Assembly (NCBI GenBank): GCA_976551045.1
Contig: CDPCPM010000026.1
Span: forward strand, 7,936,001 to 8,000,000
DNA length: 64,000 nucleotides
Reading direction: 5' to 3'
Source: Glaucostegus cemiculus
Lineage: Eukaryota
Shown: piece after piece, positions 50,531-63,095 of the stretch
Layout: each line of letters starts with the position of its first letter
How positions within the stretch are numbered: the first letter of the stretch is position 1
Notes under the pieces: generated by a model
What the model saw: only the letters and a program-made list of their open reading frames with translations
The model's database searches: none
What the model was told of the DNA's origin: nothing
Made by a program: the position numbers and the translations under genes

Positions 50531-52899
50531 TACATCCTTGCAGCACAGAACTTGTCTTCCGATATGACACTATTTTTGCTATTCTATTTTACTGCACGAG
50601 ACCTTTGAAAACATTAATTTGATTCTTGTTCCTGCAACCATTGTCAATCACTGGCCTGTGGTTGCGATACTTCAGATATGGCCAGAAACAAAATAATTAA
50701 CTGCAGCTTCTTCATCAATTCTATTATTCTCAATATTTGTGAATAGAAAATTACCTTCTTCCTCTCCTCTGACTCAAAAACATAAGTAAACAGTAAATTA
50801 ACATTGAAGGTTGTCACCCCAAACACACTAATTAATTGCTTCATGTTACTGGCATCCATTATGCAAATTACTTCCTATATGAGATTCAGCCTAACAGAGA
50901 GTTGCAAGAATAAACAGTTTCACTTGGAAACTATTAAGTTACTCAAAGAGTAAAATTAATTGAATATGGGAAAACAAGAATCTCTGTCCATTACAGGCCC
51001 CTTAATGCAATGGTGAACTGGTCAGCAAAACATTTTTGCACTAAGCAGATACTGTACAAATCCAGGGCCAGCTGTTTTTGTCACTGTTTTGCTTACACAG
51101 GTCATATATCATTACCAGCCAAAAGCTGAACCAAAGCTAAAGACTCACGTCACAGTTGGTTTAAGTTTACCAACTGTCAGGTGGGGAAGCAGTTTGTGAA
51201 AGCACAAAGCTCCTCTTTGGGCTTTTCATGTGCATATCATTTCAAATACATAATTACGTTTCTTATTTTACCAAGCTTTTTCTTTGTGCTCTGGAAGCAA
51301 TTACAAAAACACCATATTTTTTTTAAATGTACAAACTTGTTCATGTCAAGACTGATTAATTTTCACTGTGAAATAATTGAATACATCACTGAACCTGGCT
51401 GTCAATAACACGCTTTTTAAGGGCAGTGGGCAGCGCACTAAAGTAGCAAGACACATGCCTCAAGTCATTAACCTGAAGTACAGGCATAGAGGGCTTGCCA
51501 TCTGTGTACGGTGGAAGTAAATGGACACGGGATATGGAACAAACAGGGAAAAGACAGCTTAAAGAGACTATCCCTGAACCACACTGGCAATAGGATGAAA
51601 GGATAACCTGAAAGGATGTCTCAAGGCCCAGACAACATTGATCTATAATCACTTTCAAGGGTGCTTGGCAGATTGCCTTGAGTAGCTAAACTCTGCAACA
51701 GACAGCCTTGATTTTTTTTCATCACTGAATACAGAAATAAACAAATGAGATATTTGTGATCAAGATATTTTATGTGACTTGGGGGAAGGGAACAATAAAG
51801 TAGGGGAGGGGATTTTTAAAAAATTGCTTGGCGATTTCTGCAAAGATAAATCTTTACAACTAGTACACTGACCATGTGTTATCACAAAGATTCTAATGTG
51901 GCAGGATATAGAATTCAACTGGAAAGACAAAAGATAACCCTACTAGTTGACTGCAATACAGAAATTACTGAAGATAATTCATCAGGTAATCTAAAATATA
52001 GAGACATATTTTTCATTTACAACATCATATTTTTCCAAAGATGTAAAGAAAACATTTTTCTTCTCCTTTCCCACAAACAATCATCTAAACTAGAGAAAGC
52101 CTGAAGTGATACAAGTATAAATGTAACCAGAGCACAATTTCAAAAACTGCAGTGATACTAATAAGGATGCTCCTTAAGGATTTATGGTTTGATAATTATC
52201 AGAGGATTGAACATGTGAAGTTTTTTCACAATCTTGCTCCTCCTTTCTGCACATCTTAAATGAATTCCAGCTACCTTGCTATTGAACTAAACAGATGATC
52301 TTAAGAGTTCTCCCAGGAACACATTGGATGGACCATCCAAACATGGCAGATCCTATGCATCAATGGAGGACTAATTATTGAACAGTTACTGGGTTATGAG
52401 CTAGTTCTTATAAGTGCTACAACTTGCCTGGGTGCATTGCATGCTGAATTCAACAAACCAAAACATACTTCCTAATAAAAACTGAAAATGTCAGAAGATT
52501 AAATTCCAATTAAATCCACATTCAATAATTTGATACTCATAAATACTCATACATTTGATGGTCATCATTTTATCTTGTATGTTAACAAAATAAGTATTTG
52601 AAATATACTTATTTTATGAAGAAATAAACTGTATGAAGAATGCAGAGAAACATGAGAACCCCAAATTCTCCCAACACAAGTCCCCAAATACATTTTGAAT
52701 AAACCTTTAATTCAGAGACAACCACTGTTTGAGTAATATTTTCCTCAACAGGTTTACTTTTCACAGTACTGTGTGTGTTACTAAAATATGTGAAAGCACA
52801 AGAGAGTAAAGACCACCGAGCGGGAGACCCAGATAGCAGTTCACTTTTGTACACTGCTGAATTCAACCTAATCACACAAATGAGAAATAACACTTGAAG

Positions 52900-53360
52900 C
52901 CAATTGATAAAATCTCTTGAGGAATTTTTTCCCTGATTTCCTAAAGCAAACATGCCAGTACACTCTGGAAGTCCACAATACCTCATAAACTGACCTCCTC
53001 TTAGAAACTAGTTAAGTTCCCTTTTAAAACAATGCAGCTGTCAGTTGAAATGGATCAAGTCCAATTCCTTAATACCATGGAAGTCTCAATCATATTCCCT
53101 TTAAACTAATGCTTTTCTCAAACCCTGATACTTGGAGTCTTTCCTACCCACCCAGACAGTTCCAAACTCTGAGGTTAGAAATCACTAATTTATTCTGCAT
53201 ATTCTTCAACGTTCCAGGAAGCAGAAAATCGCTACAGTACCACACCAACAATTTGCCAAAGCCTTCAATAAAGCTCTTTGTTTTGTAATCCATGCAGCTA
53301 CTTCCAAGCTTGTGTATTTTTAAACAAATGATCAAATATTATCCTCTCAAATGTCTCTTA
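52900..53360 (-). mobile_element. Old CR1 3' fragment
   Basis: Decayed reverse-strand CR1 ORF2 end (gtaccacaccaac...ttgtaatccatg...cttccaag). Confidence 0.45.
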
Positions 53361-54964
53361 ATCGATAACCCTTAGCAGTAATGGTGGCAGTAGTAATACT
53401 CCTCCTCCTTTTCTGACAGTCCCTTTGTGATGGAGAATGACATGCTTCCACTCCAGTTCTGTATGTTCCAAGGTGGCTGATGGAGATAGTCGGGGCTGTT
53501 TATGAAGGATTTAAACATGGATAGTCATTGAACATGAACTTTCATATCACCTTGACAGAGCAAGGTCATGACCCAGCTGTAAGGAAGTTCTGGACAAAGG
53601 GAGACCTGTCTCTGTGCATGGACATTAACACACAGACTTGGGGTACACCTTTATATAGGTCTGCAGTAAAGATAAGCACTATCAACAGAATCATCATCCA
53701 TCATTCCCCAATTAATTTAATTAAATTAGCAGAGAAGGATTTGCCCTTCCCAGGTGTATACTGGAGGTCATTACTAATCACATTGGGAAATAATTACGAC
53801 ATATTGGCTCCACATAAATTGGGATTAGACAACAGGGATAATGATGCAGAAGACACAACCAATTTTGTTGTTTTGAATTCTTGCATACTAATGGATTTGA
53901 TATAAAGCTTTGATGTGATATAGCTAAATGGTAAGTTAATGGGTGGTTTGCTCAGCAGTAAAATAAAATTGTTTGGGGGGACAAGAGTTTCTCCATAGTA
54001 TATACCAAAGGCAGCCATGCCAGAAATGTAATTAGAACATGACAAGTTTGCCCAATGCTCTCCATTAGAAATTCCCATGCCAGCATTTGTAAGGAAATGT
54101 TGATGCAAGAGCATTAAAAAAAATTACAACAGGAAGTAAGGTAGGAGGGAGATTCAGAGAACACATTCCAGATCTTTGGATCCAGACAACATATTGCAAA
54201 GCAACCAACGGTGGGGTTGAGAGGAAGACCACACACTGCCAAGCAGCTGAGGGAATGCAAAACTGGGCCTCTAAAATCCACAAATCAAACTTTCTCTGGT
54301 TGGGCATAAAAATTACACAGAATTTCAGAATTCAGAGCATGGCAAATATCCTAAAAGTACTTGAATAGCTCAGTACAACCTTAAGAAAATTTACAGCTCT
54401 AAACAGAAGTACACCAATCAAAATCAAATCATTAAAGCACATTACATAATGCCTCCAAATAAAACCTTTTATCTTAGCCAAAGGGGCAAAGAAATACTCT
54501 CACCTCCTGACAAATATGATTAAGCAAACATTTCAGTCAACTAGTAACTGGTTTCCCAGGCACACAATTTTAAACCAACTTAAGCTTCACAAGTACTCTG
54601 TTGACACTTGCTGAAGTACTTGAACAACTTACATATTTTTCTCTAATCTGTATTTTTCTTTTCTTCTTATGAAGCTACAGGTATTAGATTCTAACATATA
54701 CTGCTGTAATCTGTGCCGCTCTGAGCTGAGATTATCATGATCTTCTGGAGATGCATCCAGATTAAAACAGAGCTACCTTACATCATCAGTGTAGAAGTAA
54801 AAACCTGAATCAGACAGCAATATATTCAACATGAAGCAAGGGAACCAAGCACGAACAGCTTTATAAATATTCATAATTCATTTATTAACACATTTTTTTT
54901 GCTGCGATTTCTGAAGTTGATCAGCACTGGTAAGGTGACATTAAATGACATTGCTCTGCTCATG

Positions 54965-55062
54965 CCTCTCAGGGTCCTGATCCAAAACGTTGACCGCCTG
55001 CTTTTCTCCACGGGTGCTGTCTGGCCTGCTGAGTTCCTCCAGCATCACTTTTGCCATTCTGA
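54965..55062 (+). mobile_element. Penelope-derived terminal fragment
   Basis: agggtcctgatccaaaacgttgac...tgctgtctggcctgctgagttcctccagca. Confidence 0.65.
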
Positions 55063-55302
55063 TTTATTTTTAGAGTATTCTTCAGTATTCTCCATTAAAT
55101 AGGTGGTACATGCTTGGTTCTAAGTTATACCCTGTGAAGGTAATGATGGTAGTGGTTGGGGGCCAGTAGTGGGGAGAGTGGTGGCTGAAAGACAGAGGGG
55201 GACAGTGTAGAAGAGTAATAACTGAATGTTCCAACCTCTGCATATCTTGGTAGCTGATTACTGGATGGCATCAGCCACAATCTGACAACATGTTACCTAT
55301 TT

Positions 55303-55304
<2 letters not shown>

Positions 55305-55374
<70 letters not shown>
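55305..55374. repeat. (GT)35 microsatellite
   Basis: Perfect GT dinucleotide run of 70 bp. Confidence 0.98.
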
Positions 55375-55377
<3 letters not shown>

Positions 55378-57122
55378 GGGGGCACTGGGTAATTCAGTGA
55401 CTTGGCAAGAAAACAAAATTCACCTGCAAAATATCTTATGCTTAATAATTGTAGTTATCCTTTTTATAAATACTAAACATCATTAGTCTTATGGCAAATG
55501 TCATCCTGCACATCAGTACAATAGTTCTTTAAATCAAGTAATAGGACAGCGTCACCCAAGTGCTTCTCTCTATATTACAACTAAAACCTGTTCCATTGCC
55601 CTACTGGCAGAATTATAAACTTGGAAAAAGCTTGGACCATAGCCAAAAGCTTTTATGTACAATACATCTTCTGTTAAAAGTTCTTCAGTTGTTTAACTTC
55701 CTTAAAATTAAACTGCTAAATAAAATGTTTCAGTGGAACCTGGTACAGCAGTATGCCAGTTAAATGCTGTTGCATAAAATCTGTCGGACAGTTTATGCAT
55801 TCACTAGAGTTCAACCGTATTCCATTCAATGGAATGTGTCTGAATAAATGCATCACTTATTTGATAAGAAATGTTGGCCAATGAGCAGGGTTATATTGGC
55901 ACATATTGACAAACAAATCATAACCAGTGCCAAATGATCTTGTACTAGTAGAATTGCAGATCTGTTTAGCTTTGAAGTGCCAAGGACCATCTTGTCATGG
56001 GCTACATTGTCATGACTTGCCTATTACAATAGATATCTTCATTCCAACAAGGTTACATTTGGAGTACAGCTCAAGGGTAACACGTATTCAGCAGTTTTGT
56101 TTGTTCAAGTGCCTCCATCATCAATTTCCTCCCATTTCCTCATGAGGCATCAATTCCCTCCTGGCAATCTGTCATCAAAGCTGAGCCTGACCTGGTCACA
56201 TCCATCTTCCAGCAGGTGGTGCTCCACTGTGATCGTCACACAGGATTCAGCCATTTCTCCCTTCCCTACCTTTGTCCACCAAGGTACCTCTATACAGCCA
56301 ATCCAACAGAGATGAACAATCACTGTCTTTATCAAATATTACAACCATTTCTGCTTAACTAATAAGTTTTAGAGTAGGAACATCATCAATAGAAGTAACG
56401 TCACAACTGTGTGTTTGTATGTGTGTGAACATTTGCACTTTGACTACTTTTGGCTCTGACAAAGGAATTTTTATTTTATTCTGTAACAACATTCCAGCAG
56501 CATCCTATATTTAACTGAAAGGTTCCTATTACAAGTAATACTCAGCCGTTGCAACTCTCCCTTCTTCCCCAGGATGCATTTTGAAAAATAAGTGCACAAT
56601 TTTTTTTAAATCAGCACACTGTTGGAATTTCAAACTTGATAAGACATGCTTCTGTTTATTGTCTGCATAGTTTGTTCTTGTACTCATAGGCAGCAGGACA
56701 ACAGCATCCTGAATGTTACATACATCAGTAGACTAACAATTTTTAAAAAGATAATATCAGGAGTAGGGTTACTGAAATTTTGGTCACTAAGTGTGCACCA
56801 AAACAAAGGGATTCACTATTTTACTATTTAGAAAGGTCTGAGATGTGTCTGGAGAGGAGAGAAGATTAACACAGTACGGAAGACAGATTCTTCCAAGATT
56901 AAAATGAAAACACACTGTTAACACAGTAGATGGAGTTTCTTTCTCTGCACAGATAAAGTTTCAAATTTAATTAAATGATCACTTCAGCATTAGTGCACAT
57001 GGACAGACACACAGGGATAGACACACAGGGATGATGAGAAGGATCTGGAATCAATCCACATTTATTGATAGGTTAAATAATAAAAGAGGTGTCAACTTGC
57101 AATGCCAAGTTGCAAAGGTGTA

Positions 57123-57460
57123 CTGGAGCATAATGGTTAAATGACTCGATTAGCAACTAGAGTCCTGGACCATTGATGTCGATATACAAGTTTGAATCCC
57201 ACTAAGGCAGCTGGAGTCCTTAAAGTAACTAACTAAATAATGTGGAGTAAAAAAAAAGTTGGTCTCAGTAATGGTAACCACAAAACCACTGGATTATCGT
57301 AAAACCCATCTGGTTCACTGACGTCCTTCGGAGAAGGAAATCTATCATCCTTACCCAGTTTGGCCTAAATGTGATCCCAGGTTAATGTGGTTGACTCATA
57401 ATGGAATGATTGACAAATACCAGCACTGTCAGCGACATCTGCATCCATTGAGTGAAAAAT
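57123..57460 (+). mobile_element. tRNA-derived SINE (near full length)
   Basis: A-box-like gcataatggtta, B-box-like gtttgaatccc, body gtaaaacccatctggttcactgacgtccttcggagaaggaaatct; three more copies in the window. Confidence 0.8.
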
Positions 57461-59118
57461 GCAAAAAACTTATATGGGGCAAAAAAATCATCTGAGATCT
57501 GACCCAGAGCTCATAGTTAATTAGTTCAAATTTTAAAATCTGAACTCTGTTCCGAATCAGTTTTACACTTTACCGAACTGTGCTGCCCTACATCCATTGT
57601 GCAAACTGTGGATCCCCCAATATGATCTTCCGCAATAGCTGGATCACGCCACCCTTCATTTTGGAAGGTCTCAACACTCTCACTTCTTGCACAGAGATCT
57701 CCCGCTTGGCTGACTATGCAAGTTACCACAATAGGAAGTGACTATTTTTTTAAAAAAAACAGTTTTGTCTGTTTCGCCTGCAACTTGGCCACAATTTTTG
57801 AAGTTTATCCCACAATTTAACTCAGGCCTTACCTTTCTATCAACCACATGCTGGTGAGAAAATTATGCAAGAGGAACCAATGTGAAGATTGCTTCATCAC
57901 ACAAAAATAACTACAATACCATAGTGTGAGATAGAATGAAGGTATAACATCTCTGCAAGACTTTGATACTTCACAGTATCAACAGCTGCAATCACGTCAG
58001 GCAATCTGTTGGTACAGCTCCTAAACAACTGATTATCCACAAAATTTAAGAAACATTGAAGTACAGCTAGTTTTAGTGGTTTAGAAGATCGGAAATTTAA
58101 TATTTCACATATTCAAAGGCTTAATTAAATTGTTCTCCAAAATAAACCAGAAGCTAAATTCATATTTCTTCAAATTTAACATTAAGTATGTCACACTGTA
58201 GCACATTAACCTTAATTTAGTCTAACACCCCAAGACTTAAAATGTACAATTTCTGAAAATGAACATAATCTGGAGATGGTACTACAACCACAAAACTTCT
58301 CACTTTCTTACTTTACACACCTACAAATCCAATCAGACTTAAGCACTATAAATATGCAAATCAAATAACACCTTGAAGCAAAAAGATAATCCAGGAATTA
58401 CATATAACCTCAAATTGCTAGCCAGTGCGCCCTGGTCCACTGTTAGCTTTGCTAAAACATCATCTTGCCCTTCACCTTCCTGTAAGTTTCATGATGTTGC
58501 TGCATTCGTGCATTAATTGCCCATTAAACACGCCATGGAAAGTCAAGTCTATTTATAATATAAGTACCCTTTAAACAAGGTGATAATTGTTAATGGTTGC
58601 CAAACAGACTCTCGCCCAGAAAATTAAAACTGTATACTGTACTCCTTTTCCTTCAGATTTTCAATTTTGTTACAAGTTATTTTTTTTAAAGAGTGATTTT
58701 TTTTTCTTTTACCATTTTTCTATTTGCATTTCTCCTTCCGTATTTAATTTACAACAGAATTTATCCATTCTACTTTCTTCTCATATCTTGTGTCTGTTTC
58801 TCATTTTATTAATCTCATTGGTTAAGGTGATACACATTTTCCCATTGCTCCCCAGAGTGCCTGATGTCTTTGTTGCAGTCAACCAACTCACACTTCCAGC
58901 AATTTTGGGACAAAGAGTTTAGAACTAAACATGCACAAACCAATTAGTGTCTTCAGGTAGTGCAGCAGCACTCCACTCCTGCAACACTTGCACTTTTTTT
59001 TTCCTCGAAAAAAATTCTCAGTTGCCTTTTAATAGGATGTTAACTGCAGCACAATTATAATGTCAGCTGAAAATAATTGCAAAATCTAGCAGAGATACAG
59101 AAGAGTTTAAGTACAAAC

Positions 59119-60660
59119 CTGCCGCTGCACGGTCAACTGTACAGATCCCTTTGTCGGCTGATGCTGGCCTGCTATCGATTGTTGCCAATGTTGAGAAGGG
59201 ATGTGACTGACGGTAGCTGGTTCTTGATGCATCTGATGCTGGATAACCATCTCCTGTTGCATGTTTGGATGCTGCTGCACTTGTTGTGGAACCATTGGTC
59301 TTGGTACAGGGGGTGAATCTCTCTGACCCAGACCAGAGTTCTCAAAAGATGTTAACAGCTGATCCTGAAAAACATCCTCAGTGTCTATCCTAGTCAAGGG
59401 ATGTGTCTGACACCGTGGAAGTGGATTTCCCTGGAGCGATGAAATGTCAGTTGGCTTCCTTTGAGTTGGTACATTAGAAATTCTCACCTTAGACACTGAG
59501 CTGGTTGTTATTGGCACATCAGTTTGAACAGAGGACATACTTGAAGGACTGAAATTTCCCTGAGTGTTTACAGAATGCATAGGCTGCAGAATCTTTTGTT
59601 TAGCGGGACTGCTGGGACTGAGCATATGATGTACTGATTCCTGGTTGGTCCCTGCTGGCACTGTGAATGCATCACTCCCAGGAAAGCAAGTCATGCCCTG
59701 GGTTGCCTGATGAGTAGAAAGCATTGTAGTAGATGTCAAATTGTTGCCATTAGCCAGGTTGTTGTTAGGATAGGAATACTGAGGGGTAAACTGGTTTGAA
59801 TTGTTGATAGAGCAAGTCGTCATTTCTCGCGAAGCACTTGTAAAGCTGATATTCTGATGTACACCACCATGATTGGCACTACCAGGGAATCTAATGGGAT
59901 GTACAGGATTCACAGTGGTGGCTGGTTGGTTAAACTGCTGCACTGTAGCGGGGTGCTGAGTGGATGAGCTAACAGTTGTAGTTGGTTGGCCAATGCGAGT
60001 CATGTGAGATGAAGCTGATCCATGGACACCCAGGAACTGATTGCCTTGATTTAGAGTTTTCTGTCCTGTAGTGAAATGGTTTATACTCTGCTGGGGCTGC
60101 ACTGATGCAGGTTGCTGCTGTGGCTGGTTCGACTGATGCAAAGCAAAATCATGGTGCGTTAAAAAAGGGGTCATCTGCTGTATGGACTGTGAATGTCCTT
60201 GCAAGGTATGGAATGGTGACCCATTTTGATTTGAAATGGGGCTTTGGTGACCCCACATTGGACTTCCATCGACAAATGACTGAGCACTATTCTCATTATG
60301 GGCAGAAGGAAACAGCCCATTTGTCTGATTTTGATGGTCAGGTGAACAATGAAACTGGGAATGTGGAGATAGAACACTAGTCTCATTACTGCTGCCCACT
60401 AAATTAAACGGCTGGTTCACCTGATGAAGTTTTAATGAATCAAATGTCTGTAACTGTTCAAAGTTAATTTTTTCTGGTGTCTGTGTCTCTGATACGTGAT
60501 GCAATGGCTCAACCTGCAAAGGTTCAAAATCTGCACTTAGGTTTAGTTCATCAACCAACGAAACTGGTCCAGCTTGGGAAAATCCATCGTCTGTCAATCC
60601 TTCCAATCCTCCACCGAACAAATTGGCATCATCCAAAAAATCCATGATGGGATCAGTCAT
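59119..60660 (-). CDS. CHD9: Chromodomain-helicase-DNA-binding protein 9, first coding exon (514 codons, Q/S/N/H-rich N-terminus)
   Basis: The ORF starts MTDPIMDFLDDANLFGGGLEGLTDDGFSQAGPVSLVDELNLSADFEPL and contains LSPHSQFHCSP, DGSPMWGHQ, SNQNGSPFH and HHDFAL, matching the vertebrate CHD9 N-terminus as I recall it. It ends ...VQRQ at a CAG|GTTTGT donor (GT at 59118-59117, phase 0). Confidence 0.95.
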
Positions 60661-60836
60661 CTTGATGCATTTACTGCTTGGCAGTAATCAACACTCTGTT
60701 CCAAGTGTGCTCACTTCAGCTGTTCTGCAGTGGGTAGTGATACTTCTTAAACCATTCAACAACTAATCCATTGCATGTCACTTTCTATCCACTTAAGTCC
60801 TGCAGACATCTCTGTAATGCAGCACCTAAAAAATTC
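60661..60836 (-). other. CHD9: 5' UTR portion of the CHD9 first coding exon; two candidate acceptors (exon start 60836 or 60825)
   Basis: The minus strand reads ttttctttacttttaag|gaattttttag|gtgctg: a polypyrimidine tract followed by two AGs 11 nt apart. Confidence 0.6.
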
Positions 60837-61092
60837 CTTAAAAGTAAAGAAAACATCAATTAAATAATGCACAATTTCTTTTATATTGCATGAGCACATA
60901 GGCAATATCACACACAATACTTTCCCTCTACTTAACTAATGTGATGTGGAAGAAAGGACACTTCAATATACCCATCATGACCAAAAGCTATGACTACATC
61001 AGTTCACAGAATGCTTTCCCATTTCAATGCATCCATTCCCACCCCCACCGTTAAGAATCTGTAGAGGCCAGCGAGGGTTTACTCACAAAAGT

Positions 61093-61238
61093 AAAATACT
61101 GGATTTCTGAAATAGACACAGAAAATGCTGGAAATACTCAGCTGGCTAGGTTACATCAGAGCAGAGAGTTAATATTTCAGAGTAACCTGTTTCTCCACTA
61201 ATGTTGTCAGATCAGAGTTTTCCTGCATTTTCTGTTTT
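61093..61238. mobile_element. Palindromic Penelope-derived miniature element
   Basis: acagaaaatgctggaaatactc ... gagttttcctgcattttctgt inverted arms. Confidence 0.6.
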
Positions 61239-62974
61239 ATGCATTTATGTACTTAGAGGGTACAAGATTAGTCCATAATGTTAGGACACACGTGGAAATA
61301 GCATTAGAACATTGCAACAAATCCATGTAATTAAGCCTAATTTCCTTAAACCGAATCTGGATAACACAAATACTTGAATGCAGTGGTAAGTGGATGTTAC
61401 AGGTGAATGCACACAATGCAAATGATATCACTTGCAGAATTTTGAAAATAAGTACAACTGGTCCTAGTAAATAATCTTTTCTTTAAATGAACAAAAGTGT
61501 TGGGAATGCACAACAGAAAGACAGGTTACCAATCTGGGCATGAAGCCCTAGTTCTTAAAAATTCCACACTCAAATGTTAACATATTTTTTCTTTACAAAT
61601 GATCAAACAGGATTCCCTATGTTTCTATTTTTTTTTATTATTTGCTCCACATTCATCTATAGTGTAACACATCAAGTCAATGGAAACTTGATAATGGGAG
61701 ATCTGGCAAAAGTATCATCCATGGCAGCCAAACCTACAGTAATATTCTTTAAATGTCTGCAGATGTTCGAGCGTTAATGATAGAAACCCACAGTGATAAT
61801 TAAAGAAGTAGCCGTGTAGTAAGGCACCATGCTTCTTCCTGAAAGGCAGTAGCTTTGAGAGCACTCTTCATCATCCATTTGTCTAACCAATGATTCAATA
61901 TAAATTTTCCTTCAATGTTTACACCACAGGAAATAAATGACAATTGAGACAGCCTAAATTGCTTTGTGTGAGAGACGTAATAGTTAAGGGATCTAAAAAC
62001 ATCGAATATGCTGGGAGGTGGGAAGGTGCAGGAATAAAAGTGGAACCAACTTAACCATTTATGACTTATGTGCCAGTAATAAAACTGACAATTTTTTGAC
62101 TTGGCTGAAATTGGAAAGCAACAGGTGAAAATAAAACCAGGATTTTGTTTTCCCCTGAGGATTGCCATGCTTCATTCTGAAAACAAATGATGTCCTTGAC
62201 TCTCTAAATAAAAACCAACACATATGGAAAAATGTACTCAGATCTGAACTCCACTTTTCAGTTTTCTGGAATGCTGGAAATAGGTACTCCAACCACATAA
62301 AGCACTCAGCAATACTAACTATCTGTTCTCCATACAACTGAATATTTGAGCATATTGCATGCTGGCTCACCAAATATGCTGAGGATCTCTGGCCTACAAC
62401 CTGATTCATTCGAACCCAAAGCTCTTCAGTCCTCCCCAACGCAACAAGAACACATCATCTTCCATGAGTAGTTAAGTTCTCATTGTTAAAGTTAGTAACC
62501 CCGTGTATCTTGCTTCACATCATCATGTTTTATGCTTTAAAAAAAAGCACAAAGATAGCTTAGTATTTAAAACCACAAACCCCCTTGTAAACAAAGGAAA
62601 TAAAAGTGTTATTTCAAACTTCTGTAGCTACCTTGACAATATTTTTCTCAGCCTTACTCAAACAAGGTCCTCCTTAAAAGCCTAAACATCAACACAGGAC
62701 AATACAACCGAGAAGCCTACATGTACATGGGCATTAGAGGGAATCTAATTTGTTAGAGCAATCTGAATAACATAAATTGGTGCTGTATAGATGTTGCCTT
62801 CCTGAAGCTAATTTAAAACAAATTGTAACACAACATCATTTAACTTTAATGAAGCTAGGGCTTAAATTGGGAACAGCCAAGGTTCAAATGTGCAAATTAA
62901 CATAAGTCATGGAAAACTAAAATAACCTGAACAGGAACAAATATTTTTTTAATATTAATGCCAATGTCAAACCA

Positions 62975-63095
62975 ATGTTGGAATCTGAATAAAAACAGAA
63001 AATGCTGGCAATACTCAGCGAGTTGGACAACATCTGTGGCAAGAAAAACAGAGTTAACATTTCAGATGAAAGGCCCTTCAGATTTTCAATGCTGG
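62975..63095 (-). mobile_element. Penelope-derived terminal fragment
   Basis: aaaacagaaaatgctggcaatactcagcgagttggacaacatctgtgg...gagttaacatttca. Confidence 0.65.

Larger units (their letters stand above)
3498..59118 (-). other. CHD9: CHD9 GT-AG intron, ~55.6 kb, repeat rich
   Basis: Bounded by a canonical donor and acceptor that join the two coding exons in frame. Confidence 0.85.

Noticed and set aside
53400-54330. ORFs of 80-125 aa around 53.5-54.3 kb, and similar ones at 55.9-56.35 kb and 61.8-62.45 kb
   Set aside because: Probably decayed LINE sequence; I could not assign a family or find splice-consistent coding structure.
341-57031. Many 13-30 bp local duplications (e.g. ~345-380, ~1942-1968, ~16776-16810, ~32750-32785, ~40143-40192, ~57006-57031)
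   Set aside because: Ordinary slippage or repair micro-duplications with no shared motif.
59077-60386. Short ORFs overlapping the large CHD9 exon (59077-59316 +, 60105-60380 +, 60171-60386 -)
   Set aside because: Shadow frames of a long coding exon with no recognisable domains.
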